From: Candidatus Thalassarchaeaceae archaeon | GTDB taxonomy: Archaea > Thermoplasmatota > Poseidoniia > Poseidoniales > Thalassarchaeaceae | DNA: 64,000 bases | Reading direction: 5' to 3' | NCBI GenBank assembly: GCA_046710875.1 | Contig: JBKEHQ010000001.1 | Location: forward strand, 1,119 to 65,118 | In this document: one piece after another, positions 11,012 through 21,217 of the stretch | Layout of the letters: each line of letters begins with the position of its first letter | Position numbering within the stretch: the first letter of the stretch is position 1 | Notes under the pieces: generated by a model | Seen by the model: only the letters and a program-made list of their open reading frames with translations | Told to the model about the DNA's origin: nothing | Database searches by the model: none | Made by a program: the position numbers and the translations under genes

Positions 11012-11794
11012 TTAAAATGATGTTAATTGCGGAGATATTGTAAATTCTAAATTTCCCGCCCTATCTTTTAATCTCCAAGAGGTATATATCGGAATTATTG
11101 CTGCAGTAAATAACCAAATTACACTTAATATTTCGTTAAGCATCAAAATCCCCTCATAGTAAACAATACTTACTTGAAATACTGCAAGAATTTGAAATAT
11201 TATCTTAAAAACACTTGAAAAAATATGAATTGAAGTCAGTATCTTTGACTGAATTTTTTCTTTGTTGCTCAATTCGGTCACAAATGGATAATAAATATAA
11301 TTTTTAGCACTTAAAATTGATAATCCAAGAATTAAAAAGGTAAAAGGTAAAGTATGAATTAACACACTTTCTTCAGGATTAATAGCAAATATTGTACTAA
11401 ATACAGTAAATGAAAATATTTCTATTAATGTACATACAGTATAAAATTTGTATCTATTACTTTCAATATGCTTTAGAGCCTTTTCATGATAAACTCGTAA
11501 CCAACAAGATATGGAATAAGATGTCAAAAAAAGATAATTCAACGCCCAAAGAGATGGAAGAATATAATTCCCAGGAGGATGATCAAATAATATACAAATA
11601 CTATTTGATCCAAAAGTATCAATGAGTATATTATCATGAAAATTGACATCTGAATGATGTTTTGTGAAATACCAACCAGTACCAACTATTATCCAAAAAA
11701 ATAGGTAAGAATAGATCCTCAACAATTCAGGATTTATCGACCAAGTAACTTGACCATTTTCCAAATCTATTGATTTGGTTATTGCAAACTTCAT
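11012..11794 (-). CDS. Integral membrane protein (hypothetical)
   Basis: 260 aa, 6-7 hydrophobic helices, no motif recognised. Confidence 0.4.
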   Translation of the reverse strand: MKFAITKSIDLENGQVTWSINPELLRIYSYLFFWIIVGTGWYFTKHHSDVNFHDNILIDTFGSNSICILFDHPPGNYILPSLWALNYLFLTSYSISCWLRVYHEKALKHIESNRYKFYTVCTLIEIFSFTVFSTIFAINPEESVLIHTLPFTFLILGLSILSAKNYIYYPFVTELSNKEKIQSKILTSIHIFSSVFKIIFQILAVFQVSIVYYEGILMLNEILSVIWLFTAAIIPIYTSWRLKDRAGNLEFTISPQLTSF

Positions 11795-11831
11795 ATCATC
11801 TCGTGATATTGAATAGGGGCATAGTTTTTAT

Positions 11832-12986
11832 TTAACTTTCTATGATATCTTCATTATGCCTTTGTCGTTGCTTTGCACGTAGATATTTTAGTGGATGGCT
11901 CATCCAATCTTGATCACAAAGTGAATTATCACCTCTTTGAACTGGGCACCTTGCCCCAGTCTTCAAGGCCGAACATCCATGAGGAGTATATTCTCTTTCA
12001 TATATCTGATTTATTTGATAAGAACTTGTATCAGCATTAAAGTCAGGTGCATTTGAAAAAAATGATAAAACTTCTTCTTGAGAATGGCCCATTGATCTAG
12101 ACATAGCTGCCAAAAATACTCTACCAGTATGATTTACATTTATGCCTTGATTTAATTCTGAAACGGCTAATTCAAAACAAGGAGGCCACTCAGTTCTTTT
12201 AGCAGCACTAATTGGCATCTCAGCATGAACTTGTTCAGAGAATAAGCCAATTATTCTTTCAACTGAATCTGAAAATTGAGCCGCAAATTCATCATCCATT
12301 TTTTCCATTCTTTGGCTACATATATGAATTAAGTTTTCTCTTATTCGTTCTTTTATTAATCTAGCAGTACGTTGTCTACTAGTTTCTCCAACTCCAGCAG
12401 TCATAGATACCCAACCATCTTTTACTGGACGATTAATTAATCTCCAATAATCTCCAGATATTCTCGGACATAATTCTATGAAATCACTCATTGGAATCCA
12501 AAAAATACTTTCAGATCCAGGAATTTCTTCTTCCCTTATCCCTGATAAATAAGAATTTGCAACTATCAAAAAGTTTTCCTTATCCATTCCTAAGAGTTGG
12601 TCAGCCCTACTTGATTCTCCTTCTATCCATCGGGCCAGTAACCTCTCATCAAAAGATGCACATACAACCAACATAGCATGTAAAAAAGATAACGCCTCAG
12701 TCATTTTACCGATGTCAGTAGATAGATCAATATTTGTTACGGCGTCTATTCCACCTTTATGCAGTATACTTTCCACTAGTCTTATTCTACCACGTGATCT
12801 GATGTCTTCAAGCCATGCAGCATTTATTAGCTGTTCAATTGTAATATCATTTTTTAATAGTAATTCTCTAACATAGTGCGTACTTTGAGGTAAAAATCCA
12901 TATCTAGCCAATAGCATATCGTCGCCTATCTTGGGCGGCTCAAGTGGCATTGGCATAAATGGCCTATACGACCCTAGGTTCTTCAA
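11832..12986 (-). CDS. priL: DNA primase large subunit PriL
   Basis: 384 aa. C-terminal four-Cys Fe-S region (WPPCF..., HGCSALKTGARCP, LCDQDW) typical of archaeo-eukaryotic primase large subunit. Confidence 0.55.
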   Translation of the reverse strand: MKNLGSYRPFMPMPLEPPKIGDDMLLARYGFLPQSTHYVRELLLKNDITIEQLINAAWLEDIRSRGRIRLVESILHKGGIDAVTNIDLSTDIGKMTEALSFLHAMLVVCASFDERLLARWIEGESSRADQLLGMDKENFLIVANSYLSGIREEEIPGSESIFWIPMSDFIELCPRISGDYWRLINRPVKDGWVSMTAGVGETSRQRTARLIKERIRENLIHICSQRMEKMDDEFAAQFSDSVERIIGLFSEQVHAEMPISAAKRTEWPPCFELAVSELNQGINVNHTGRVFLAAMSRSMGHSQEEVLSFFSNAPDFNADTSSYQINQIYEREYTPHGCSALKTGARCPVQRGDNSLCDQDWMSHPLKYLRAKQRQRHNEDIIES

Positions 12987-13011
12987 TACTCACCAAGCCG
13001 ACATTCTAAGA

Positions 13012-13776
13012 ATGTCTATGGAATCAGATTTAAATATTGAATTTAAGCCTGTAAATATAAAATTATTAACATTACAAGACGATGTAAGAAATTTTTTTGA
13101 TTGGGAACTTTCGGATGATATAGATAGTGCTAATAACTTATTAAAATATGTTGAAAATTGTAATAAGAAATCTTGGATACGAACTGAGCGTAATAAGACA
13201 TTACTAAGGGTAATAACAAAATTAAAAGATAGCAATAGTAATATTGTAATCATTGGAGCCGCTATATCAACTTCAGAAATAAAAGAAATGATAAATCCTA
13301 ATAATCTATTTGTTGCAGCCGATGGTGCAGTTGGAATTTTCTCAACATTACCTGATACACTATCAAAACTGGCTTGGTCAAAGTTAGTTTGTGTTGTTAG
13401 CGATGCCGATGGTGGCAAAGGTACTGAGCAAGCATTTATACGAGGTGTACCGATAATTTTACATGCCCATGGTGACAATCAAAATTCATGGAAAAAACTT
13501 TTGATATCAGATAAATCATATGATAAAACAAAAATTGTCTTAACTCATCAAATTCCAAATAAAATTGATGGTATGTATAACATAGGAGGCTTTACTGATG
13601 GCGATAGAGCAGCCTGTTTTGTCCGATCTGCAGGCGTGCCAAATGACAATATAATCATGGCAGGAACTAGGACCGACATAGTAGGAAAATGGTCAGGCAT
13701 CACCAATAAAAATTTGAAATTGCTTAAGTTAGAATGGATGGCAAAGGTCCTATCTTTATTAAAAATAAAATATTAA
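13012..13776 (+). CDS. Hypothetical Gly-rich Rossmann-like protein (possibly DUF115/MptE-like)
   Basis: Gly-rich loops IVIIGAAIS, LFVAADGAVG, VVSDADGGKG, ILHAHGDN, GGFTDGDRAA. The track ORF starts at 12931, but I prefer the internal ATG at 13012 because it avoids overlap with priL. Confidence 0.3.
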   Translation: MSMESDLNIEFKPVNIKLLTLQDDVRNFFDWELSDDIDSANNLLKYVENCNKKSWIRTERNKTLLRVITKLKDSNSNIVIIGAAISTSEIKEMINPNNLFVAADGAVGIFSTLPDTLSKLAWSKLVCVVSDADGGKGTEQAFIRGVPIILHAHGDNQNSWKKLLISDKSYDKTKIVLTHQIPNKIDGMYNIGGFTDGDRAACFVRSAGVPNDNIIMAGTRTDIVGKWSGITNKNLKLLKLEWMAKVLSLLKIKY

Positions 13777-13796
13777 AATATTTTAAAATTATTACT

Positions 13797-14984
13797 TTAA
13801 GAGATGTTAAAGCTACCAACTTCTATATTTTCTCCGTCTTCACTAATTGACCCTTCGAATTCTTCAGTCTCTCCACTATTAGTAACAAATGTTTTGAATT
13901 TTGTTATTTTATTTTCTCCAGATATCTCATATTGATTAACAAATATGGAATATTTTCCACTTTCAGGCTTTTGATCCCAACTAATCGATTGCAAACCCTG
14001 CTCTTTTCCAAAATTAAATACTCCATCAGCATTATTTCCAATATCTAAGAAAGAAATCTTCTTGCCAGTTGGACTAACAACTGATAATCCTAAGTCATTT
14101 ACTCCATCCCATGATAGTTTAACAGATAAGTCATATTCGCTTACTGATTTATTACTAACTATATCCTTACTTACATGATCGTTTGTGGGTTTTAATATAA
14201 TTTCTTTTGGTTTTAAATCACCAGCTTTAGTTTCCGCTATAGCAAATTTGGCAACAAACAACAACTCGCTACCTACTTTATGATGTTCAATAATTCCTTC
14301 GTAAACTCTCTGACTGTCTCCAACCGTGACGCTAACTTTAAATTCAGTTTCATTCTTCAAAATAAACTTTGATATAAGAGGTATTTTTGCTAATATCATA
14401 TTCTTGTGTTGAACTTTATAATGCCTTACTCCAACTCTGTAAGTTCCTGGAGGTGGAGTTTTAGTCCAAACTATATTCTCTACAGGTGTTTTTGAAGTTG
14501 GTTTAAAATTCATATCTAAATCTAACTCTCCTCCACATGCAGATTTTCTGTTATCATGGAATATATGTTCACCAGATGGAGTTATTAGGTGTAAATCCAA
14601 ATCATTCCAGTTATTCCATAACAAACTGACCTGGACCGCTCCTCTTTTTGCACCTTCTCTTTTCAATCTATCATTGAACGCAGATATACCCGCATCATTT
14701 ACAACGGTTTCGTTTATACCTTTACCTAAAATCTCATTTCCTTCACCCAAGCCCTGAGAAGGAATCGAAACATTTGATCTATCGGCTCTTCTTCCACTAC
14801 TTCTTTCTCTGCGAACCCTCAATGTTTCCGTTTCGTATTCAGGGAGATTAGCTTCTGTAGGCGGTAAAATTACTCTCCTACTTGAACCAAATACTAGCCT
14901 ATATAATCCTTGAAAACACAGTCCTGAAATTGCCGCAAGGATTACAAGCGCGGCTAGGTCCATATGTGTGAACTTGTGCAACAT
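13797..14984 (-). CDS. Signal-anchored secreted protein with two tandem YfaP/DUF2135-like beta-rich domains
   Basis: N-terminal TM LAALVILAAISGLCF. The block L.W....DLDLH..P.GE.I......GG.LD.D occurs twice (LLWNNWNDLDLHLITPSGEHIF...ACGGELDLD and KLSWDGVNDLGLSVVSPTGKKISFLD). Confidence 0.5.
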   Translation of the reverse strand: MLHKFTHMDLAALVILAAISGLCFQGLYRLVFGSSRRVILPPTEANLPEYETETLRVRRERSSGRRADRSNVSIPSQGLGEGNEILGKGINETVVNDAGISAFNDRLKREGAKRGAVQVSLLWNNWNDLDLHLITPSGEHIFHDNRKSACGGELDLDMNFKPTSKTPVENIVWTKTPPPGTYRVGVRHYKVQHKNMILAKIPLISKFILKNETEFKVSVTVGDSQRVYEGIIEHHKVGSELLFVAKFAIAETKAGDLKPKEIILKPTNDHVSKDIVSNKSVSEYDLSVKLSWDGVNDLGLSVVSPTGKKISFLDIGNNADGVFNFGKEQGLQSISWDQKPESGKYSIFVNQYEISGENKITKFKTFVTNSGETEEFEGSISEDGENIEVGSFNIS

Positions 14985-15142
14985 CTTTTCATAACATCGG
15001 TTAAATTAACCGCATTAGATGTCTCAAATAGATTTTATCACCGAGTGTTTCATATCCCAGCCGATGCTCCTACATATACGGGCGGATTGCGTTTAGCCAG
15101 TTGATACTAATATATTTTAGAGATTTACTTGGAGTGAAATAA

Positions 15143-18100
15143 ATGAAAAGAATTGCAATTTTATTGATTGCAATAATGGTATTTTCAACTTTACCATATT
15201 CTCCAGAAATAAAATTAAATAATGAAAATAAACTTTTATCGGGTGCATCTGATGCAGATGTATCAGTCTCAGGTTTAGACATTACTACGCCCTCAGTTAT
15301 GATTTCAGGAATACCAATAGTCTCTCCTATGGTGCACATAGTGAGAATATCAATATTCAATTATGGAGGTTCGGATGCGAATGGAACACTGTATCTTTCA
15401 GTTAATGATGGCTCAAGTGTGACAGAAGTTGATGATCGCAGCATCAGTATTCTAGCAGGGCAGCAAGAAAATCATTTATTATATTGGGATTCAAGTGAGT
15501 ATACATCTGGCGTATCTCTAATAGCATCTTGGGTAATCAATTCTGATGAATCTGACTCTGATGCATCAAATGATAATTACATACTATCCAATATAAATAT
15601 TTACGATATAGAAGATGCTTCAATTTTGACAACCACGCTTCCAACTGGTGAAAATCCTCTAGTAAGGGCCACTTGGTCAGGAACTATTTCAGTCGCCAAT
15701 ACAGGTACATTGCCTGTGGACGTCACAGCACTTTTATCTCTGACATCTACACTTGGCGGGGATCCTGTTCCTATATCCTCAACAACAGTACAACCCCCAG
15801 TCGGTAGTTTATCCAATCCTGCGCCAATAACAGATATTGATATCACGTTTGATGGAACGGCTCTTGAAGGCGAATATATATTATCAGGAATTGTTGAAGT
15901 AGTGGGTGCAAATGGGAATACAGATACGATAACAATATCTTCAGTACAAGTTGAGTTTACCTCACTAAGGGCAATACTATCTACGCCAATTAATAGAAAT
16001 ATTGATCCAGGTCAGAATACTTCACTTTCCTTTTTATTACAAAATTCCGGAAATCAAACTGATTCTTTTACTGTAACTCAATCCAACTTATCTGGTTGGG
16101 CTAATGTCGCTCCAGAAATATATTCTGAATCTAATCCTTTAGTATTGGCATCAGGGGCTGCTAGCATCATACAAATTTCAGTATCTGTCCCAGCGAATGC
16201 TGCTATATCAGAATCTGATAGAATAACCATTATCGTTCACAGTATCGGAAATCAATATGATTTGACAAGTAGCGCCGTTGTGATGGCTGGAGAATTATAT
16301 GAGGGCACTATGATACAATCTAGTGGCAATGCTAAAGGTGATAATTATGTTGACATTGCACCAGGAATTGCTAATAGTGTTACAATTGATTATGTACTAA
16401 ACAATACCGGTACAGCACCATCTCAATATGATATCAATGTAGGTATGTTGGAAGCAACTCCGTATTGGTCAATCGATGCTCCCGTTGAATTAACTAATTT
16501 ATTACTTCCAGGCGAAAACATAACCATTCCTGTTACAATAACTCTTCCAGAATTAGAAATGCCAATCCTATCTTCATGGAAAATAGACGCAGACATATTA
16601 TTGCATCTTAGAGTCCAAGCCACACCTCTATCTGGAGGTATAAGTATAATAGCAACAACCTATATTACAGTTTTACCAATTGTAATAATTGATTTTGAGA
16701 TAGAAGATGCAGAGCGCTGCTATGATGAAGGACAAACTGAATGGTTTTGCATCGAAGATGTTCTCGAAGAAGAAGTATTAGGGGCCTCAGTAATCAGAAT
16801 TGTAGATTTCCAAATTCAGGCTAAACATAACCTCGATGCTACAGGCCAAGGAAGTGCAGTTGTAAATTTAGACTATCTTGAAACTTTTACGCCTGCTGTG
16901 ACAGGGTCTACTCCATTTGAGTACATGAGATGGAATGTTGGCATCACGCCTCAGCAACTAGAACTAAATATCGGAGAAACAGGATATGGACAAATAGCAA
17001 TTTCATCTACATTTAATACAAACTTCCCATATCCTGCAGCAGGCGAATATAAAATTGACATCAATGCTTCAACCACGTTTTCTGTTTCAGATTTTAATGG
17101 AAATACGCCATTAACTTCTGTCAATGAAACTACATTTAAGTTTGATATAATGGAGTTAGAAGATGCAGAGTTAGCATTAAAATCTAGGGGAACGGGATCT
17201 CCTGGAACTTCTATTACAGCCGAAATGACTTTGACTAATATGGGAAATTCTCCTAACACATTTAATGTTAGTTACATTAGTGAGCCAGGGTGGACTATAA
17301 CAGTCACTAACCCTGGAACTATTAAATCAAGATTAGACTCGTTTCAAAGTCCATCTTCTACTTTTTCCAAAGATTTCATTGTTAATGCCGTACCGCCAGC
17401 AACTGCAAGTGCAGATAAAATTCACACAATCTGGATATATGTGACTTCAATTGGTGATCCTGAAAATTATCTTGCTTATGCTACAGCAGAATTCAAGTTA
17501 GATGAACTTATAGATGCAGAGTTAAACTCTGGTTCTTCAGTAGCAATATTGGATAGATTAGGTACATCAACTATAATGTTTGAATTAAATAATACAGGAA
17601 ATTCAAACCAAACTTTTGATTTAAAACTTGAAAATTCTGATGATAATTATCTTCAGGTTTCTTTCTCGGAAGATGACACAGAAATTGAAACCGAAAAAAG
17701 TATGATTGTAAACTCAGGAAATACCGCAATAGTTAGAGTTTATTCTAAAACATCCAATGATGCAAGAGCCGACGAATCTAGGTCATTTGACTTAATATTA
17801 ATAAATAATAATTCTGAATTAGATAGAAAAACAATGTCTGTAACTGTTAATCCTGATCATGCACTAACTCTCCAAGGAAGTACTACATTTTTTGCTCAGC
17901 CAGGTACAGAAATTCAAACATCTTTCAATTTAATTAATTTAGGAAATTTATTAGAAACAAATGTCTCATTTAATCCTATTTTGCCAGAAGCCTCCACATC
18001 GGGAATCTGGAACTTCGAAACACTAGAAAATCTAACAATATCTCCTGGCTCAGATAATAGCATTGAAATAATTATGAATATTAGTTTACCGAATATTGGT

Positions 18101-20071
18101 CCAAACGTAATGTTAGAAGCAGGAGCAACTTATACTATCCCAATTCAAATATTTTCATACGACTTCACTCAATTTAATGGTGATTATCTAATACTTGGAT
18201 CAATAACTCTTGTAGTTACTATAGAGCCATATTTTGAATTAGATATAGCTTCATCATTTGAAAGTATGATGCTTATTCCGGGACAAACTAGGACATTTGA
18301 ATATACAGTTGAAAATTCAGGAAATGCTCCAGCTTCAGTTAATGTGAACTATAACCTTGCAGTATCCGATCCCTCAAGATGGCGAGTATCGTTATCAGGC
18401 TTAAGCACTTCATTCATTATTCCAATTGCAGAAACATACTCTATATCTATGGAAATAACGCCAATTGCATCAGACCATTATGTTGGTGAATCAGGATTTT
18501 TTGATATTATTTTTTCCTCTTCAGATGATTCTGAAGAAACACAAGCTTACAGTACATTAGTTGAAATCGTCAGAATCCAGACAGATATCGACGTTATTGT
18601 TGATCCAGGCTCATCTGGAGAAGAAGATGGACTACTTCCCTGCGCAAATACAGTTGATACATCCATTACCGAAAGGTGTCGGATTTATAGAATACCTTGG
18701 ATGCATGTTCCTTATTTGGGATCAACAGATGAAACGCCTGTAAATTATACTTTAACGGCCTTAGAAATTCAACGACATATTGACGGATCAGCGTATCCAG
18801 ATTCAACTTGGAACTTTTATGTTGAAGATACAATTCTTCTTTCAACAGTAGGTTTTAGTGTAAATTCTGAATTAGTAAAACCTTATGATACAGGATCAAA
18901 ATTTGACTTAATATTCATAATTCCTCCAACAGAGGAACTAGCACCTGGGGACGGGTGGTCAATAACATTCAGACTACAGAATCCAAATGAGCCCAATAGT
19001 AGAGATTACTGGACAGATTTTACTGTAGACATAGTTACTACTACTACCTCTGATCCAAAAATAAAAGATATATTTTTTACTAATGGGGCAATAATTGAGG
19101 GAACTACTACAACCTTGATAGTCCAAGTTATGAATGCTGGCGATGCAATTATGCCACTTGGTGCCGAAGTTCAAGTATCTTGTAATGGTAAATATTTAGA
19201 TTCCTTTAACTCAGGAACACAAGTAGTACCAGTTCTTGTATCTCAACAATCATTTAATTCAACTTGGCAAATAAGTGCTAAATCTATACCATGGTGGTCT
19301 ACATCAGAGACATTAAGATGTACTGCAGAATTAACTGGTACAGCTGTCGAAGTAAAAGGTAATCATATTGACAACGACTTAAGATCAGAGGATTTAACGA
19401 TAGATTCTTGGGCTCCTCCTAAATATAAATTAAAAGTTGGATCAAATGAAATCGGCATATCTATTTCAATTTTTATATCAATAATATTACTACTAGGGAG
19501 TTTATATTTCTACAGGAATGGAGTGAAAGATTTCACTCCTTCATATGTTCATTTGTCTTCTTACATGTTTTCTGCAGGATTAGGTGCACTAGCATTAACT
19601 AATCTTTTTAACCTTCTACCTTTAATCTGCGCAATTCTAGCCATTCTTGGTTCTATAAAAATTGCATGGACTAGCTCATCTGAAGTACAAGCAATATATA
19701 ATGATAAGAAGAAATCACTTACTGGCGCTAGAGCAACAATTTCAAATCATGATATCCAAATAAAGAAAACTATTAAGGAATTAAGAGCAATTATATCATG
19801 TTCGCCACTGATCCTATTACTAATAATGATATTAAATCCTAATTTAACTATAGATAGTAGTAATACTGGTTTACTTGGTTTGATAATATTTGTTTTAGTA
19901 TCTCCAATATTTATTCACATAGTTCTTCGATATCTTGATAAATCATATAATAAAATATATTCACAACTTGGCCAACTTGAATTAAGGGCGATGAAAATAA
20001 AGAAAATCCTCGCTTCTCAGAACAGCTCGAATAGATTTCAACCCAAAAATCGTATAGGAGGTCCAGAATAG
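15143..20071 (+). CDS. Giant (1642 aa) cell-surface protein: signal peptide, about 12 CARDB/Ig-like repeats, C-terminal multi-TM anchor
   Basis: Signal peptide MKRIAILLIAIMVFSTLPYSP. Reiterated N(T/S)GN..F..V motifs (LQNSGNQTDSFTV, LNNTGTAPSQYDI, LTNMGNSPNTFNV, LNNTGNSNQTFDL, VENSGNAPASVNV). Ser/Thr/Asn-rich. Last 200 aa contain 4-5 hydrophobic helices. SD GGAGTGA lies upstream. Confidence 0.8.
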   Translation: MKRIAILLIAIMVFSTLPYSPEIKLNNENKLLSGASDADVSVSGLDITTPSVMISGIPIVSPMVHIVRISIFNYGGSDANGTLYLSVNDGSSVTEVDDRSISILAGQQENHLLYWDSSEYTSGVSLIASWVINSDESDSDASNDNYILSNINIYDIEDASILTTTLPTGENPLVRATWSGTISVANTGTLPVDVTALLSLTSTLGGDPVPISSTTVQPPVGSLSNPAPITDIDITFDGTALEGEYILSGIVEVVGANGNTDTITISSVQVEFTSLRAILSTPINRNIDPGQNTSLSFLLQNSGNQTDSFTVTQSNLSGWANVAPEIYSESNPLVLASGAASIIQISVSVPANAAISESDRITIIVHSIGNQYDLTSSAVVMAGELYEGTMIQSSGNAKGDNYVDIAPGIANSVTIDYVLNNTGTAPSQYDINVGMLEATPYWSIDAPVELTNLLLPGENITIPVTITLPELEMPILSSWKIDADILLHLRVQATPLSGGISIIATTYITVLPIVIIDFEIEDAERCYDEGQTEWFCIEDVLEEEVLGASVIRIVDFQIQAKHNLDATGQGSAVVNLDYLETFTPAVTGSTPFEYMRWNVGITPQQLELNIGETGYGQIAISSTFNTNFPYPAAGEYKIDINASTTFSVSDFNGNTPLTSVNETTFKFDIMELEDAELALKSRGTGSPGTSITAEMTLTNMGNSPNTFNVSYISEPGWTITVTNPGTIKSRLDSFQSPSSTFSKDFIVNAVPPATASADKIHTIWIYVTSIGDPENYLAYATAEFKLDELIDAELNSGSSVAILDRLGTSTIMFELNNTGNSNQTFDLKLENSDDNYLQVSFSEDDTEIETEKSMIVNSGNTAIVRVYSKTSNDARADESRSFDLILINNNSELDRKTMSVTVNPDHALTLQGSTTFFAQPGTEIQTSFNLINLGNLLETNVSFNPILPEASTSGIWNFETLENLTISPGSDNSIEIIMNISLPNIGPNVMLEAGATYTIPIQIFSYDFTQFNGDYLILGSITLVVTIEPYFELDIASSFESMMLIPGQTRTFEYTVENSGNAPASVNVNYNLAVSDPSRWRVSLSGLSTSFIIPIAETYSISMEITPIASDHYVGESGFFDIIFSSSDDSEETQAYSTLVEIVRIQTDIDVIVDPGSSGEEDGLLPCANTVDTSITERCRIYRIPWMHVPYLGSTDETPVNYTLTALEIQRHIDGSAYPDSTWNFYVEDTILLSTVGFSVNSELVKPYDTGSKFDLIFIIPPTEELAPGDGWSITFRLQNPNEPNSRDYWTDFTVDIVTTTTSDPKIKDIFFTNGAIIEGTTTTLIVQVMNAGDAIMPLGAEVQVSCNGKYLDSFNSGTQVVPVLVSQQSFNSTWQISAKSIPWWSTSETLRCTAELTGTAVEVKGNHIDNDLRSEDLTIDSWAPPKYKLKVGSNEIGISISIFISIILLLGSLYFYRNGVKDFTPSYVHLSSYMFSAGLGALALTNLFNLLPLICAILAILGSIKIAWTSSSEVQAIYNDKKKSLTGARATISNHDIQIKKTIKELRAIISCSPLILLLIMILNPNLTIDSSNTGLLGLIIFVLVSPIFIHIVLRYLDKSYNKIYSQLGQLELRAMKIKKILASQNSSNRFQPKNRIGGPE

Positions 20072-21115
20072 ATGGCTGGTAAAAAAAATGAGATTTCATC
20101 GAATTCTGGGGGCGCCGAAGCAACATTAAAGATGTTAAATTTCATAGATGACGAGTCTAAAAAAATTCAACATACTATTTGGAAAAACAGGCCGTTAAGG
20201 GCTAATAAAATGCTGAAAAAATTAACAAAAGAAGCAAATTTTCTCGAAGATCAAGTATTGGGCTTGTCACGATCGTTATCTTCTTTATCTAAGCAATTAG
20301 ATGAATTAGAAGAATTGAATGAAGATGATCTTAATGCCTCAGAATATGTTTCTTTAGGTTTACAATTTTTAAGAGAGGGTAACTGGGGAGCTGCAGCAGA
20401 TTCTGTCGAAAAAGCAATTGCTGCTTTAGGACCAAAAGGACTAGATAGATCATTGTCTATTATTAATAGACATTTGAATGAATTAGGAGATTTGAGCGAT
20501 TCAGAAGAAGTAACTCTTAATTTAATCAGAGAAGCACGAAAGAAATTAGCAAATGGTGATTTTACAGCTGCAACTGATGCGTTTGAAAGAGCAATTAGCG
20601 TACTTGGTTCCGTACCTACAGGAGAGGCGTTAAGTCCATTTCTTGTTAATCATTTTTTCCTTTCATTAGAGGCTAAGTGGCCTGAAAAAACTAACAATGG
20701 ATTAATGGTAATTAGTATTGAAAATTTAGGTGAAAATAATATTTCTCCTATGAGAATGTCTTTACCAACTCCTCTTGGATGGATAGCAAATCCTAAGATG
20801 ACGGAAATACCAGAAATTCCTCCTGAAGGATTCATCGAAATTGGTGTTGAAATTAAATCATCTGGGTCATTTAGCGCAGATAAAATGTTAGGTAGAAACT
20901 TAGCTATAACAACTGGATATTTAGCAAACTATGGAGATTTAAAAGTTCAAATCAGAGTCGAAAATAGAACATTAAGAAATATGGAAGGCATTGTACTGGA
21001 TCCTTGGTTACCTGAAGGATTTGAAGCGATTAGATTGCCATTTGTACAAAATTTAGGCCCAGGACAAAAATGTAATTTAGAAGTAGATATTCTGAATGTT
21101 GGAAATAATAGTTAA
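20072..21115 (+). CDS. Coiled-coil protein with C-terminal CARDB-like domain, translationally coupled to the giant surface protein
   Basis: The ATG abuts the TAG of the upstream gene (TAGATGG). The N-terminal 200 aa is helical/coiled-coil. The C-terminus carries IENLGENNISPM and DILNVGNN CARDB-like motifs. Confidence 0.6.
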   Translation: MAGKKNEISSNSGGAEATLKMLNFIDDESKKIQHTIWKNRPLRANKMLKKLTKEANFLEDQVLGLSRSLSSLSKQLDELEELNEDDLNASEYVSLGLQFLREGNWGAAADSVEKAIAALGPKGLDRSLSIINRHLNELGDLSDSEEVTLNLIREARKKLANGDFTAATDAFERAISVLGSVPTGEALSPFLVNHFFLSLEAKWPEKTNNGLMVISIENLGENNISPMRMSLPTPLGWIANPKMTEIPEIPPEGFIEIGVEIKSSGSFSADKMLGRNLAITTGYLANYGDLKVQIRVENRTLRNMEGIVLDPWLPEGFEAIRLPFVQNLGPGQKCNLEVDILNVGNNS

Positions 21116-21159
21116 TGTCCATAGATATCCTATTAATTTCTAATAACCGTTCACATATC

Positions 21160-21192
21160 CTGTATATGCAATAATTATACATTAACATCATA
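21160..21192 (+). promoter_or_regulatory. Candidate archaeal TATA/BRE promoter region for the archaellin operon
   Basis: A/T-rich TGTATATGCAATAATTATACATTAAC lies 30-55 nt upstream of the SD and ATG of flaB1. No TSS data. Confidence 0.2.
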
Positions 21193-21217
21193 AATGATAA
21201 CTCGCCAGAAAGGTCTG

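Noticed and set aside
12931-13011. 5' extension of the 12931..13776 ORF overlapping priL
   Set aside because: The first 27 codons overlap the divergent priL coding end. The internal ATG at 13012 gives a non-overlapping gene, so I used that.
15070-15360. 96-aa minus-strand ORF overlapping the start of the giant surface protein gene
   Set aside because: It overlaps the promoter, SD and signal-peptide region of a well-supported gene, and has no motif.
15601-19174. Several 60-100-aa antisense ORFs inside the giant surface protein gene
   Set aside because: Shadow ORFs of a long Ser/Thr/Asn-rich gene.
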